64,000 bases of DNA from Candidatus Bathyarchaeota archaeon. Its GTDB lineage: Archaea > Thermoproteota > Bathyarchaeia > Bathyarchaeales > Bathycorpusculaceae. The position numbers and the translations under genes are program-made. The stretch covers positions 224,001 through 288,000 of the forward strand of contig CAVRFW010000005.1 in NCBI GenBank assembly GCA_963720565.1, in the 5' to 3' direction. The notes beneath the pieces are model-generated. The model saw only the letters and a list, made by a program, of their open reading frames with translations, was not told where the DNA came from and did not search any database. Positions 50,238-61,041 of this stretch are shown piece after piece; the first letter of the stretch is position 1, and the number at the start of each line of letters is the position of its first letter.

Positions 50238-50966
50238 ATGTCCGTGTTTGCAGCACCTGGTGCATACGACCGCGCTATAACTGTTTTCTCGCCAGATGGG
50301 CGGCTTTTTCAAGTTGAATACGCCATGGAATTAGTGAATCGTGGCGCAACAATTCTGGGGATCCAATCTACAGAAGGAGTAGTTCTGGCTTCAGAAGAAA
50401 ATGTTGAAGTCCTTGAAGAGGCCGGATATTCCTGGAAAATCTTCAGGATTGACGAGCATGTAGGAGCCGCAATAGTGGGATTAAGTTCCGACGCAAGAAT
50501 ACTCACTGATCAAGCTCGAATATACGCTCAAAGTAACAAGCTAACTTACGACGAACCCATGGATGTCGAAGTTGTGACCAAACGAATTTGCGACATACAG
50601 CAGATGTACACTCAGCATGCAGGCGTCCGACCGTTCGGAGTAAGCATAATCTTCGGAGGCGTAGACAAAACAGGTCCGCGGGTTTTTGGAACACACCCTA
50701 GCGGAACATACAGAGGATACAAAGCCACAGCCCTAGGCGCCGGAAGAGAAACAGTTTTGGCATTATTGAAAGAGGAATATCGCGAAGAAATGGGCCTAGA
50801 AGATAGTACAAAACTCGCAGTGAAATGTCTAGTAAAAGCCTTGGACGCCAGACAACTGCCGCCCAGAATAAAAGTAGCCCTAATCCCAGCTGCAACGAAA
50901 AAACTAGAAATGTTACCCGACAAAACGGTTGAAGGTTATATCAAAGAGCTGGGTTCGAGCAAGTGA
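50238..50966 (+). CDS. psmA: Proteasome alpha subunit
   Basis: YDRAITVFSPDGRLFQVEYA, GVRPFG. Confidence 0.98.
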   Translation: MSVFAAPGAYDRAITVFSPDGRLFQVEYAMELVNRGATILGIQSTEGVVLASEENVEVLEEAGYSWKIFRIDEHVGAAIVGLSSDARILTDQARIYAQSNKLTYDEPMDVEVVTKRICDIQQMYTQHAGVRPFGVSIIFGGVDKTGPRVFGTHPSGTYRGYKATALGAGRETVLALLKEEYREEMGLEDSTKLAVKCLVKALDARQLPPRIKVALIPAATKKLEMLPDKTVEGYIKELGSSK

Positions 50967-50973
50967 AAACCGG

Positions 50974-51663
50974 ATGAGTGAGAAGTATACCGTTGCACGC
51001 TTTACCAAAGACAACGAACATTTTGAAATTCTAGTAAAACCACAGAAAGCATTAGATTACCGCAACGGAAAAATCTCTGGGATAACCGAGGTTTTGGCAG
51101 CAGAGACTATTTTTGTCGATGCAAACAAAGGCACGAAAGTCTCAGAAGAGCAAATGCACAAAGCCTTTCAAACAACGGACACTCTTAAAATCGCAGACAC
51201 CATACTCAAAAAGGGAACACTTCAGCTCACGACAGAGCAAAGGCGAAAGATGATAGAAGACAAGAGAAAACAAATAATCGACTTCATTTCACGACAGGCT
51301 GTTGACCCTAAGACAAATCTGCCGCATCCACCCTTACGTATTGAAAACGCGATGGAACAGATCCGTTATCCAATAGATCCCTACAAACCCGTAGAGGAAC
51401 AAGCCAGAGAGATAGTGAAACTCTTACGACCCATTTTGCCCTTGAAAATAGAACAGATTTCCGTGGGCGTCCGCATCCCTGTGGAGTACGCGTCAAGGGC
51501 TTACGGTGCAGTGAAGCCTTTTGGCGCCATAAAACGCGAAGAGTGGCGTGCAGACGGTTCATGGTACGGCATATTAGAAATGCCGGTTGGATCATACGCT
51601 TCGTTTCTTAACAAGCTTGGAGACGTAACAAAAGGAACCGGAGAGGCTAAAATAGTAACATAA
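50974..51663 (+). CDS. sdo1: Ribosome maturation factor SBDS/Sdo1
   Basis: HFEILV, QLTTEQRR, DPKTNLPHPPLRIENAM. Confidence 0.95.
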   Translation: MSEKYTVARFTKDNEHFEILVKPQKALDYRNGKISGITEVLAAETIFVDANKGTKVSEEQMHKAFQTTDTLKIADTILKKGTLQLTTEQRRKMIEDKRKQIIDFISRQAVDPKTNLPHPPLRIENAMEQIRYPIDPYKPVEEQAREIVKLLRPILPLKIEQISVGVRIPVEYASRAYGAVKPFGAIKREEWRADGSWYGILEMPVGSYASFLNKLGDVTKGTGEAKIVT

Positions 51664-51682
51664 AAACTTAAATGGAGGTTAA

Positions 51683-52402
51683 ATGAAAGTTATGCCAACA
51701 TTTTTCGAAAAAAAGCAGCTTGTAACGCCTGGAGAATTATTAGCCGAAGGCGATTACGTGGCTGGTGAAAACACCTACTTAGAAGAGAAGAAGGTCTACG
51801 CTGCAAGAGTAGGTCTTGCAGACGTTGACAACAAAAAAGTGAATGTCGTCGCTTTAAGAGCGTTCTACATACCGAAAATGGGTGATATTGTAATAGGCAC
51901 AATCACGGAAGTCGGGTTCAACGGTTGGTCAGTGGACATTAAGGCTCCATACACGGCACTTCTGAGGGCTTCAGATGTTCTGAGTAGACCATTCAAACCA
52001 CAGAATGACGAGCTGTCGCAGGTCCTTAACGCTGGGGATTTGATTGTTGCCAAAATCGCGTCTTATGACCGAGCCCATGACCCTCAGCTCACGGTCGGTG
52101 AACCAGGTTTGGGAAAAATAACACGCGGACAGATAATGAGAGTCACACCCACCAAGATTCCCCGAGTGATCGGCAGGAAAGGCTCCATGATTTCGATGAT
52201 AAAACAAGAAACAAGCTGCCAAATAATCTTGGGACTCAACGGGGTCATTTTGGTCACTGGAAAAACTCCAGAGGATGAAGAACTCGCCATGACGGCGATT
52301 CGAAAGATAGAAGAAGAATCCCACACGAGCGGACTAACAGACCGCATTACACAATTGCTGAAGGAAGAAAAAACAAAACGGGAGGAAAACAAGGTTGAAT
52401 GA
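51683..52402 (+). CDS. rrp4: Exosome RNA-binding subunit Rrp4
   Basis: [30 protein letters not shown]. Confidence 0.95.
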   Translation: MKVMPTFFEKKQLVTPGELLAEGDYVAGENTYLEEKKVYAARVGLADVDNKKVNVVALRAFYIPKMGDIVIGTITEVGFNGWSVDIKAPYTALLRASDVLSRPFKPQNDELSQVLNAGDLIVAKIASYDRAHDPQLTVGEPGLGKITRGQIMRVTPTKIPRVIGRKGSMISMIKQETSCQIILGLNGVILVTGKTPEDEELAMTAIRKIEEESHTSGLTDRITQLLKEEKTKREENKVE

Positions 52403-53135
52403 AAAACCTGAAAAACTGATAGATAAAAAAGGCATTAGACTAGATGGTAGAAAAGCAGATGAATTAAGACCTGTAAAACTTGAAGTAGGCGTCCTAGCAA
52501 ACGCTGACGGTTCAGCCTACATTGAACATGGAAAGAACAAGATCCTTGCCGGAGTATTCGGTCCCAGAGAGATGCATCCTAAACATTTGTCGCTTCCAGA
52601 TCGCATGGTGATACGCTGTCGCTACCACATGGCACCATTCTCTGTGCAAGAGCGAAAATCACCAGCACCATCACGACGAGAGGTTGAACTCTCAAAAGTA
52701 ATAAGGGAATCATTGGAGCCCTCAGTGTTCTTAGAATTGTACCCGCGAACGGGTATAGACGTGTTCATAGAGGTCTTGCAGGCTGACGGAGGAACAAGGT
52801 GTGCAAGCATAACTGCTGCATCACTCGCCATAGCAGATGCAGGAATCCCAATGCGCGACTTAGTGGTCGCATGCGCAGCCGGAAAAATAGATGACACTGT
52901 AGTCTTGGATCTATTCGACGCCGAAGACAAACTTGGCGCAGCCGACGTTCCCTTGGCCATAATGCCCAACTTGAACGCAGTGACACTTTTGCAGATGGAT
53001 GGCATACTCACACCGGAAGAGTTTGAGACTGCTGTAAACATGGCTACAGAAGGTTGCAAGAAGATTTATACCTTGCAAAAAGAAGCCTTGAAAACCAAGT
53101 ACATGATAACTAAAGAGGAGGCTGAAGAAGAATAA
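52395..53135 (+). CDS. rrp41: Exosome core subunit Rrp41
   Basis: RLDGR..DELR, ADGSAY, YHMAPFS, QADGGTR. Confidence 0.96.
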   Translation: MNEKPEKLIDKKGIRLDGRKADELRPVKLEVGVLANADGSAYIEHGKNKILAGVFGPREMHPKHLSLPDRMVIRCRYHMAPFSVQERKSPAPSRREVELSKVIRESLEPSVFLELYPRTGIDVFIEVLQADGGTRCASITAASLAIADAGIPMRDLVVACAAGKIDDTVVLDLFDAEDKLGAADVPLAIMPNLNAVTLLQMDGILTPEEFETAVNMATEGCKKIYTLQKEALKTKYMITKEEAEEE

Positions 53136-53926
53136 TGTCATCATTAGTAACACGTGTTAGATTCAAACAGATAGAACAGATGATAGAAAAAGGAAAGCGT
53201 CTCGATGGAAGAGGCTTAACTGACTATAGAGAAATCAAAGTTGAACAGGGTCTCATAGAACGAGCCGAAGGTTCTGCTAGAGTTTTGCTAGGAAAAACCG
53301 AGGTCTTGGTTGGAATAAAAGTTGAAACTGGCACACCTTTTCCTGACACCCCGAATGAAGGGGTTCAAACCGTAAACGCTGAGCTTGTTCCACTAGCCTC
53401 GCCAAATTTCGAGCCTGGCCCACCGGATGAGAACTCGATAGAACTCGCAAGGATAGTTGACAGAGGAATCAGAGAATCGAAGGCTATAGACACTGGGAAG
53501 CTTTGCATCGAACCTGGAAAGAAGGTGTTCGTAGTTTTCGTTGACGTTTACGTACTCAATCATGACGGAAACTTGATAGATGCATCAGCTATTGCAGCGG
53601 TTTCCGCTTTGATGAATACGAAAATGCCCAACTATGAAATCGAAGATGGCGAAGTGAAGATCAAAACCGGTTACACCCCGCTTCCACTGAAAAATCATCC
53701 CATAACCGTGACTATTGGAAAGATAGGGAGCAACTTGATTGTTGACCCCTGGCTTGAAGAGGAGCAGGTTATGGATTCAAGGATTTCAATGGCAATCAAT
53801 GATGACGGCAATATTTGCGCTATGCAAAAGGGAGGTTCCGGTTACTTCACACCACAACAGGTCTTGGAAGCAAGCAAACTCGTGCAAGAAAAAGCTGCAG
53901 AATTGCGTAAAAAACTTGGCTGGTGA
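53135..53926 (+). CDS. rrp42: Exosome core subunit Rrp42
   Basis: RLDGR..DYR, FEPGPPDE, DGNLIDA, QKGG. Confidence 0.96.
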   Translation: MSSLVTRVRFKQIEQMIEKGKRLDGRGLTDYREIKVEQGLIERAEGSARVLLGKTEVLVGIKVETGTPFPDTPNEGVQTVNAELVPLASPNFEPGPPDENSIELARIVDRGIRESKAIDTGKLCIEPGKKVFVVFVDVYVLNHDGNLIDASAIAAVSALMNTKMPNYEIEDGEVKIKTGYTPLPLKNHPITVTIGKIGSNLIVDPWLEEEQVMDSRISMAINDDGNICAMQKGGSGYFTPQQVLEASKLVQEKAAELRKKLGW

Positions 53927-54243
53927 AAACGCTGCCGAAAACAAAGAAAGTGGGTCCAACCCGGGGCTTGGGTACACGATATGGCGCTACGGTCAGGAAA
54001 CGTTACATCAAGGTAATCACAGAGCTAAAGAAACCCCACAAATGCCCTCAATGCGGCTTTGTGAGGGTTAAACGCGAGAGCGTGGGTGTCTGGAAATGTA
54101 AAAAGTGCGCCTTCACTTTTGCAGGTGGAGCCTACACGCCAGTTACAAAGCTCGGGGTTATTGCAAAACGTGCAGCTAAAGGCGCGCCAGTAGAAGAAGC
54201 ATCCAAGGCAGCCATGGAAGACCAAGTAGAAGACCAAAACTAA
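53923..54243 (+). CDS. rpl37ae: 50S ribosomal protein L37Ae (eL43)
   Basis: RYGATVRKR, CPQC, GVWKCKKC, FAGGAY. Confidence 0.96.
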   Translation: MKTLPKTKKVGPTRGLGTRYGATVRKRYIKVITELKKPHKCPQCGFVRVKRESVGVWKCKKCAFTFAGGAYTPVTKLGVIAKRAAKGAPVEEASKAAMEDQVEDQN

Positions 54244-54333
54244 TCCCTTTTTTTCATTGTCCTTTTCTTGACTTTATTAGTGCTGTAAAGGTTTTTATCA
54301 AATGTTAGTTTATTCAGCTGTGCTGAGAGTAAA

Positions 54334-54591
54334 ATGACGAAAGCAAAGGCAAAAATCCGCTTGCAGCTTTCATCAGATAAACACCTCACAACACTTTTGG
54401 ATGCTCTGGCGCCGGAAGCTAACTCCCCCGTCGCCAAACGTGCAAGAGTAGTCCTCTGCAAAGAAGAATCTGGGTTGGTTCTTGCAGTTGAAGCGAGAGA
54501 CACTGCTGCCTTACGCGCCACTTTGAACGCCTATCTGAGATGGATATGTTCTGCAATGAATGTCATAGAAGCCCTAGAAAACTATCTATAG
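54334..54591 (+). CDS. pcc1: KEOPS complex subunit Pcc1
   Basis: ALAPE, VEARDTAALRATLNAYLRW. Confidence 0.9.
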   Translation: MTKAKAKIRLQLSSDKHLTTLLDALAPEANSPVAKRARVVLCKEESGLVLAVEARDTAALRATLNAYLRWICSAMNVIEALENYL

Positions 54592-54679
54592 GTTCCAGAT
54601 GCAATAGTGGGTTAAATATCAAGACGCTAGCATTACAGTCGAGAAAAGAATAATCAGTTCGATTTCATTTGTAATGGAC

Positions 54680-56038
54680 TTATTCTTCAAGTTTGGTCCT
54701 TGCTCGGTTTATCAGGTTAAGTGTCTGCTTCTGCCATCCGCCGAATTTCTCTGGAGTGCTTGGGTAGGCGTCATAATGTTCCCTTAGCTGTCGCATCATA
54801 TCTACCGTCAATTTCAGCTTTTTCAAGAAGCCCATGCGTTTCATGCCTCTGAACACTCTCTTGGCTGTTTCTGTGATGTTCAAAGGAAACTCGTCACCCA
54901 TAGCTGCCCGCAGCACATCATTCTCGGTGACGAGCTTGTAGTGCATGCCATAGTTCAAGTCTGCATCACTGCTGTTAAGCAGTAGCATTCGGAAAATGTC
55001 TAAGCTAGCCTGCTTCTTTCCATACGTATCCATATACTTCCTGTTGTAATTCCACAAGGCTGCCTGGTTAGGATTACCCTTCTCTAGTGCTTCCACTATT
55101 GTCTGGCCTGCAAAAAACCCGCTAAGCATAGATGGCCCAATGCCGCCGCCGTGAATCGGGTTAACTAAACTAGCTGCATCACCAGTAATTACGACGCCGT
55201 TGCCGACCATGTTATCTAGTGGCCTGCGTGTCGGATCCCACCATGCGCCTCCACTCAGGAGTAGAGAACCTTCAAACAGTGGTTGAGACAGAACATGATC
55301 GTAAAGCTGTTTCTTTGGATTTGGAAAATTTCCTCGCATGCAGATGCCTAGGCCAACGTTGACTTTGGCTCCGCCCTTTGGAAAGATCCATGTGTATCCT
55401 CCAGGCGTCACCTCTCCTCCGAGGTAAATCTCGCAGTAGTTAGTGTTCTTGTTTTCTTGCTTCAGCTGTCTGATTTCCCTATAGCACGCCTCAACATCCT
55501 CATTTTCAATTTCCCGTTCTATCTGCATACTCTCGGGAAGCTTGTGCCTAACCACGCCCATGAAACCGCTTGCGTCAACAACGGTTTTAGCTTTCAACTG
55601 GATATTCTTACCCGAAGCGTCTTTAGCTATCACTCCAGCCACAAAATCTCCTTCTACAATTGGCTCTAAGAACTGAGTCGAGTGCATGAACTCGGCACCT
55701 GCGTCAATCGCCTTCTTAAGTAACCATTGTCCAAAAAGCCGACGGTTCAGGATGTACCCGATGAAATCTTTGTCGGCAATAGTGAAAACCGCGCTCTTGT
55801 CCGGGGAGTAAATCTGAACACCCTCAATGCGTTTCTCAAGTTCGCCTCCCTGTGGCTTTTCTAAACCCAAAAACTTCAAATGATGCTCGCCAAGAGCATC
55901 ACCGCATATCTTTTCTCCTATCTCTGCCCTTTTTTTCCTATCGGTCAAGCAAACCTTCAAACCTGCTTCCGCCATGGTTTTTGCAGCTAAACATCCTGCA
56001 GTACCAGCACCTACAACGATGGCGTCATACTTGTTCAA
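54680..56038 (-). CDS. Geranylgeranyl reductase-family flavoprotein
   Basis: GAGTAG, KICGD, PGGYTWIFPK, GDAA, NPIHGGG. Confidence 0.9.
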   Translation of the reverse strand: MNKYDAIVVGAGTAGCLAAKTMAEAGLKVCLTDRKKRAEIGEKICGDALGEHHLKFLGLEKPQGGELEKRIEGVQIYSPDKSAVFTIADKDFIGYILNRRLFGQWLLKKAIDAGAEFMHSTQFLEPIVEGDFVAGVIAKDASGKNIQLKAKTVVDASGFMGVVRHKLPESMQIEREIENEDVEACYREIRQLKQENKNTNYCEIYLGGEVTPGGYTWIFPKGGAKVNVGLGICMRGNFPNPKKQLYDHVLSQPLFEGSLLLSGGAWWDPTRRPLDNMVGNGVVITGDAASLVNPIHGGGIGPSMLSGFFAGQTIVEALEKGNPNQAALWNYNRKYMDTYGKKQASLDIFRMLLLNSSDADLNYGMHYKLVTENDVLRAAMGDEFPLNITETAKRVFRGMKRMGFLKKLKLTVDMMRQLREHYDAYPSTPEKFGGWQKQTLNLINRARTKLEE

Positions 56039-56140
56039 CGATTTAATCCCTCGTTAATGTTGATATATTTTCTATACTTTGTTGTATAAGTAAACCCTTA
56101 TAAACTATTAAGTGAGCCTTTTCACACCAAGTGTAAATGA

Positions 56141-56570
56141 TTGGACAACCAACTTACGCTCAGCGATGAACTTCGGAAACTCGTCGAAGCAAGATTGGAG
56201 CAAACGCTGAAAGGAATAAACGATACACTGAACCAAATACTGGAAAAACAAGAAATAACCCCTGAAGAACTCAAAGAGGAGCTGAAAAGCCTCGAAGAAA
56301 ACTGCAACCTCTTATTCCAAAAATGGAGCTTGGAAATTCTCTACACTCTCTTCCTGAAAAAGACCATAGGTTTTGGCGAACTAAAAAAGATACTCGGTGT
56401 TAACTCACGTACGCTATCTGACAAACTCAAAACGCTCACGAAATACAGCTACGTTAACAGAAATGTGAAGCATTGGGCCGCCGTTGAGAGTTGAATATGC
56501 TCTAACGAGAAAAGGAAACAACACCATACTTCTTGCGTTACCATTACTATACTACTCAAGCTCCACGTAG
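56141..56570 (+). CDS. HxlR-family winged-helix regulator, frameshifted at about 56468
   Basis: KWSLEIL, FGELKK, TLSDKLK; GPPLRVEYALT.KG continues in the +1 frame to TAG 56570. Confidence 0.85.
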
Positions 56571-56715
56571 AAGCGAGTAGAATAGAACTATTGTTTTTTG
56601 GTTGCTCTCTTTAGTAGGTTTTCGAACGGTTTTATTAGAGTCTAGGAGTACATCATAAACCGCCTCGATTGTTTGTCCAGAAGTCATTGCTGAGTCAAGG
56701 CTAAATCAGTTTGAA

Positions 56716-57213
56716 CTAGCTCGGTCTCTTAACGGGCAATGTTATCTTTGTGGTGTCTTTCAAAGTCTCAAAAACCATGCAGGTGAGTGTCTTTTCGAGA
56801 CCGTTGATGAGCCGCAGTTTGTCAACCACAAACTTCCCGATTGCATCTACACTTAGGGTTCTCAGTTTTATAAGCAAATCCCAGTCACCAGTGATAATGT
56901 GGACTTCCTGGACTTCTGGGAATTTGGAGATTTCTTCTGCGACGACCCTTTGTGAGACAGGCGAGTTGTCACCTTTTGTTCTGTAGGAGACTGATGCCAG
57001 AATGAACGCGGCCGTGGTTGAACCTATCTTTTCGGGGGCGAGAATAGCCCTGTACTCTTTTATTATGCCCAGTTCTTCCATGCGTTTGATCTTGGCGAAA
57101 ACCGTGGTTATGGGTGAGTTGACTTTCTTGGCTATCTGCTTGGCGGTAAGTTTGCTGTTCTCCTGCAATAGTGCAAGTATGGCTATGTCCTTATCATCGA
57201 GCTTGGCTGACAT
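56716..57213 (-). CDS. Lrp/AsnC-family regulator
   Basis: LDDKDIAILALLQEN HTH; PEVQEVHIITGDWD RAM domain. Confidence 0.94.
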   Translation of the reverse strand: MSAKLDDKDIAILALLQENSKLTAKQIAKKVNSPITTVFAKIKRMEELGIIKEYRAILAPEKIGSTTAAFILASVSYRTKGDNSPVSQRVVAEEISKFPEVQEVHIITGDWDLLIKLRTLSVDAIGKFVVDKLRLINGLEKTLTCMVFETLKDTTKITLPVKRPS

Positions 57214-57215
57214 GT

Positions 57216-57294
57216 TTGTAATTATTACAAGAATATGGTATTAAAACTTGTTGTTTTTGTAAAAACTATGTGATTTATTATAATAAATTTATTA
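57216..57294. promoter_or_regulatory. AT-rich palindrome cluster between lrp and asnA
   Basis: TTGTAAT-T-ATTACAA (57216-57230), GTTTTT-GT-AAAAAC (57253-57266), TTTATTATAATAAA (57274-57287), TAATAAATTTATTA (57281-57294). Confidence 0.55.
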
Positions 57295-57347
57295 AACACG
57301 GTGCTTATCTGTTACTATGAAAATCGTTAAAATAGAAGTGGTCCTCC

Positions 57348-58337
57348 TTGCAAAGCAAACAGACAACTATTGTGGAATCCTCAACGCTGATTGAGGCGCC
57401 AAAGACCCTAGAGCAGCTTACAGAAGCTGAAATCGAAAGAAAAACTGCCATTGGCAAAGTGATGACGCATACTCTGAGGAACTTGACCGACCAATTTGTC
57501 GAAAAGGGCTTCCAATGGTTACTTCCAGTAGCCCTATCACAATGTACCGATCCGCTTTGGCCAGACCCTGGCGCTTCCATAGAAAAGAGAATTGAAGTAG
57601 ACATTTACGGCAAGAAAGTCCGCACCACATCAAGCATGATAATTCACAAGTTGATTGCTTCTTCTACGGCTTATCCGAAGTTGTTCATACTGTCACCCAA
57701 CATTCGAATAGAAAAAGCTGAACGTGCGACTACAGGAAAACATGTGTACGAGTTTACACAGCTGGATTTTGAAGCTAGAAACGCTACATCAAAAGACATA
57801 ATCAACCTCGTCGAAGACGCGTTTTGTAGCTTGGTGCCCAGTGTGAAAAGAATTGCAAAAGATGAATTAACTTGCCTTTCTAGATATGAAACCCTAAAGG
57901 CTCCAAAAAAACCGTTCCATAGTTACGACAGAGAAGAACTTGAAGAAGAATACGGCGCAGATTGGGAAACCGCCCTTGCCAATGAAATCGAAGATCCGGT
58001 GTGGGTTACCAACATACCTCGAGAATTCTACGACTTCGAAGATCCTGCAACAGGTAAATGGGACAACTACGACCTATTTCTACCTGAATTTGGAGAAGCT
58101 TTGTCAGGCGCCAGAAGGGAATGGGAATACGACAAGATTCTCAGAAAAATGGAACGAGATAACATACGCAAAGACAACTATGCACTACTATTGAAGCTGG
58201 CAAAACAAGGGAAAATAAAGCCCTGTGCAGGTGCGGGAATTGGAATTGAACGAACGGTCAGATGGTTAACCGGTGTCAGACACATAGCCGAAACACAAGC
58301 GTTCCCCAGAATCCCTGGAACGGTGCATGAACTTTAG
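57348..58337 (+). CDS. asnA: Archaeal asparagine synthetase A (AsnRS/AspRS catalytic-core paralog)
   Basis: TDPLWPDP, SMIIHK, SPNIRIE, EFTQLDFE, SGARRE, GAGIGIER; no anticodon-binding domain. Confidence 0.92.
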   Translation: MQSKQTTIVESSTLIEAPKTLEQLTEAEIERKTAIGKVMTHTLRNLTDQFVEKGFQWLLPVALSQCTDPLWPDPGASIEKRIEVDIYGKKVRTTSSMIIHKLIASSTAYPKLFILSPNIRIEKAERATTGKHVYEFTQLDFEARNATSKDIINLVEDAFCSLVPSVKRIAKDELTCLSRYETLKAPKKPFHSYDREELEEEYGADWETALANEIEDPVWVTNIPREFYDFEDPATGKWDNYDLFLPEFGEALSGARREWEYDKILRKMERDNIRKDNYALLLKLAKQGKIKPCAGAGIGIERTVRWLTGVRHIAETQAFPRIPGTVHEL

Positions 58338-58359
58338 TCTCAAAACATATAGAACATGA

Positions 58360-60252
58360 GTGACAAAAATGAATGCGTATCTTGAAGCTTTACAACCAAA
58401 GTTAAGTAACAGTGATTTTCGAGAACTCTGTGCGATAGATAACCCCAACGTTCACGAATTCATAGCTAAGGCAAGTGACTTGTGTCATGCCGAACGAATT
58501 TTCATCTGTAGCGATTCCGCTGAAGACATTGCTTATGTCCGAAGGCAAGCAGTCTCCGTTGGTGAAGAAAAGGCAATTCTAACGTTACCGGGACACACGG
58601 TCCATTTTGATGGTGAACACGATCAGGGGCGAGATAGGCAAGCCACCAAGTACCTCGTGCCACGAGGAATTTCTCTCAGCAGGGCACTTAACCAAATTGA
58701 TCGGCAAGAGGGCTTGGCAGAGGTTAAGGGTTTACTTCGAGACTCAATGAAAGACCGCACAATGATTGTTCGATTCATCTCCTTGGGGCCGCCAAATTCC
58801 ATATTTACTATACTAGGACTTCAGTGCACCGACTCTTGGTATGTAGCTCACACTGAAGACCTGCTCTACAGGCCAGGCTATGCAGAGTTCGTGAAGGCAG
58901 GTCCAAAAAGCGATTTTCTACGCGTACTACACTCAGCAGGAAAATTGAATGAGGACGCTGTTAGCGTGGAATACGATAAAAAGTGCATTTACATCGACAA
59001 CATGGACAACACGATTTATAGTGTCAACACACAGTACGCGGGCAATTCAGTCGGCTTCAAGAAACTTGCCTTTCGTCTAGCCATCCGCAAAGCTCACTAT
59101 GAAGGATGGCTAGCTGAACATATGTTGCTCATGGGCGTGCACGGTCCAGAAGGTCGCAAAACCTACTTTGCAGGAGCTTTCCCAAGTGCATGCGGTAAGA
59201 CCTCTACAGCAATGCTTCCGGGAGAAAGCATACTGGGTGATGATATAGCATACATTCGTAGCATTGACTCAATTGCTCGCGCGGTAAACGTTGAATCGGG
59301 AATCTTTGGCATTATTCAGGACGTAAACCCGACTGATGATGCACTAATCTACAAAGTGCTCGCTAATCCCGGAGAAATAATCTTTTCCAATGTATTGGTT
59401 AAAGATGGCAAACCATACTGGTTGGGAATGGGAAGCGAAATTCCCAAGGAGGGCATCAACTTTTCAGGAGCATGGTACGAGGGCAAGAAAGACGAGTCGG
59501 GCAATGAGGTTCAACCAGCTCACAAGAATGCTCGATACGCTGTCGCTCTTAGGGCACTTGAAAATTGTGATCCCGAATTGGACAATCCTCTCGGAGTAGA
59601 AATAGGCGGAATAATGTATGGTGGAAGAGACACGAAGGCTTATGTGCCCGTCCAGCAGAGCTTCGATTGGTGCCATGGAATTATCGCGTATGGCGCTTCC
59701 CTAGAGACAGAAACAACCTTCGCCACTGTCGGTCAGGAAGGCATACCTGAGATAAATATGATGAGCATACAAGATTTTATCTCCATCCCTCTAGGGCAGA
59801 ACATCTGCAACAACCTGGAATTCGGAAAGAAACTCAACAAAGCACCTACAGTATTTGGAGTCAACTACTTCCTACGAGACAGAGAAAACGGGAAATTCCT
59901 CAATGCAATTCAAGACAAACACGTTTGGATAAAGTGGATGGAGCTCCGCGTACATAACGAAGTAGAGGCAATAAAAACCCCCACGGGTTATCTCCCTAAA
60001 TACAAGGATTTGCGAAGACTGTTCAGCCAGGTGTTAGGCAAAGTCTACGAAAAAGACGAATACGTAAAACAATTCACAATACGCGTTCCAGAAAATTTGG
60101 CCAAAATCGAACGCGTGCAACGGTTCTACCAGGAAAATGTCTCGGATACTCCATTAGAGCTGTTCGGAATATTGTATCTGCAACGCGAACGTCTATTCAA
60201 AGCGCAAGCCAATTTCGGGGATTACATATCGCCTGAGGCTTTTGAAATCTGA
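58360..60252 (+). CDS. pckG: GTP-dependent phosphoenolpyruvate carboxykinase
   Basis: YAGNSVGFKK, WLAEHM, AFPSACGKT, GDD, HKNARY. Confidence 0.95.
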   Translation: MTKMNAYLEALQPKLSNSDFRELCAIDNPNVHEFIAKASDLCHAERIFICSDSAEDIAYVRRQAVSVGEEKAILTLPGHTVHFDGEHDQGRDRQATKYLVPRGISLSRALNQIDRQEGLAEVKGLLRDSMKDRTMIVRFISLGPPNSIFTILGLQCTDSWYVAHTEDLLYRPGYAEFVKAGPKSDFLRVLHSAGKLNEDAVSVEYDKKCIYIDNMDNTIYSVNTQYAGNSVGFKKLAFRLAIRKAHYEGWLAEHMLLMGVHGPEGRKTYFAGAFPSACGKTSTAMLPGESILGDDIAYIRSIDSIARAVNVESGIFGIIQDVNPTDDALIYKVLANPGEIIFSNVLVKDGKPYWLGMGSEIPKEGINFSGAWYEGKKDESGNEVQPAHKNARYAVALRALENCDPELDNPLGVEIGGIMYGGRDTKAYVPVQQSFDWCHGIIAYGASLETETTFATVGQEGIPEINMMSIQDFISIPLGQNICNNLEFGKKLNKAPTVFGVNYFLRDRENGKFLNAIQDKHVWIKWMELRVHNEVEAIKTPTGYLPKYKDLRRLFSQVLGKVYEKDEYVKQFTIRVPENLAKIERVQRFYQENVSDTPLELFGILYLQRERLFKAQANFGDYISPEAFEI

Positions 60253-60426
60253 AAATAAACTGTCAACACAAATGGATGAAAGCTGGACAGGAAAACCTTG
60301 CTGTGACCAACGTTCCCGCTTCCGAAGTTCGGAACAGTGCATTTGCAGCGGTAAGGAATTTACTGATTGGGAATTCATAATGGTTAATTATTAACAAATC
60401 ATCCATGAAGTTCAAGAAATCAAGAT

Positions 60427-60696
60427 GTGAAAAATATGATGAAAAAAAGCACGACCAAGAGTGTTGCAGCCCACACGATTGATTTGTCTAAGATTGAGGG
60501 GGACGGTTCGTTTCCATGCCCCAAGTGTGGCACAGTGATATCTCCTGAGGACGAATCCGAGGAAGTCTACAAGATTGTTGACACGAAAGTAATTAACGAT
60601 GAACTCGTGGAACTTGTTATCGTCTGCAACAACTGTGAGAGTAGCATTAGACTCACTGGTTTTCAACCCGCGATCGACGGATTAGCGAACGAGTAA
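60427..60696 (+). CDS. Small CPxCG-type zinc-finger protein
   Basis: FPCPKCG...CNNC with an acidic loop. Confidence 0.75.
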   Translation: MKNMMKKSTTKSVAAHTIDLSKIEGDGSFPCPKCGTVISPEDESEEVYKIVDTKVINDELVELVIVCNNCESSIRLTGFQPAIDGLANE

Positions 60697-61041
60697 GCTA
60701 TTACTCTTCCAGCTGGTCTAAATGCTTGGAAACTTGCCACTAGTTCTGTCACAGGAAGTCATAATAACAGACTGTGGTTTTGTGTGCTCCCGTGTTTTTG
60801 TTGGAGTAAATTGTTGCCGAACAATTGTGTTGTCTATCTGGGGCATGGCGGGTATTTCAGAAATTGACGATGGAAGACGCGCTGGTTTTTGTGGAGGCTG
60901 TGAGTGTTGTTCCATCTCAATTGTTGTGGCTACGATTGGAGATTGAATATGTATTTGTGTTAAACAGTGTCTGCAATATTGTCTATTGAGACGCAATATT
61001 TAATAGACCGTGCTTCACACCATACATAACGGAGAACTAAT

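Noticed and set aside
60718..60996. Overlapping ORFs on both strands
   Set aside because: Low-complexity and no recognisable family; cannot choose a frame, though a degraded gene is possible
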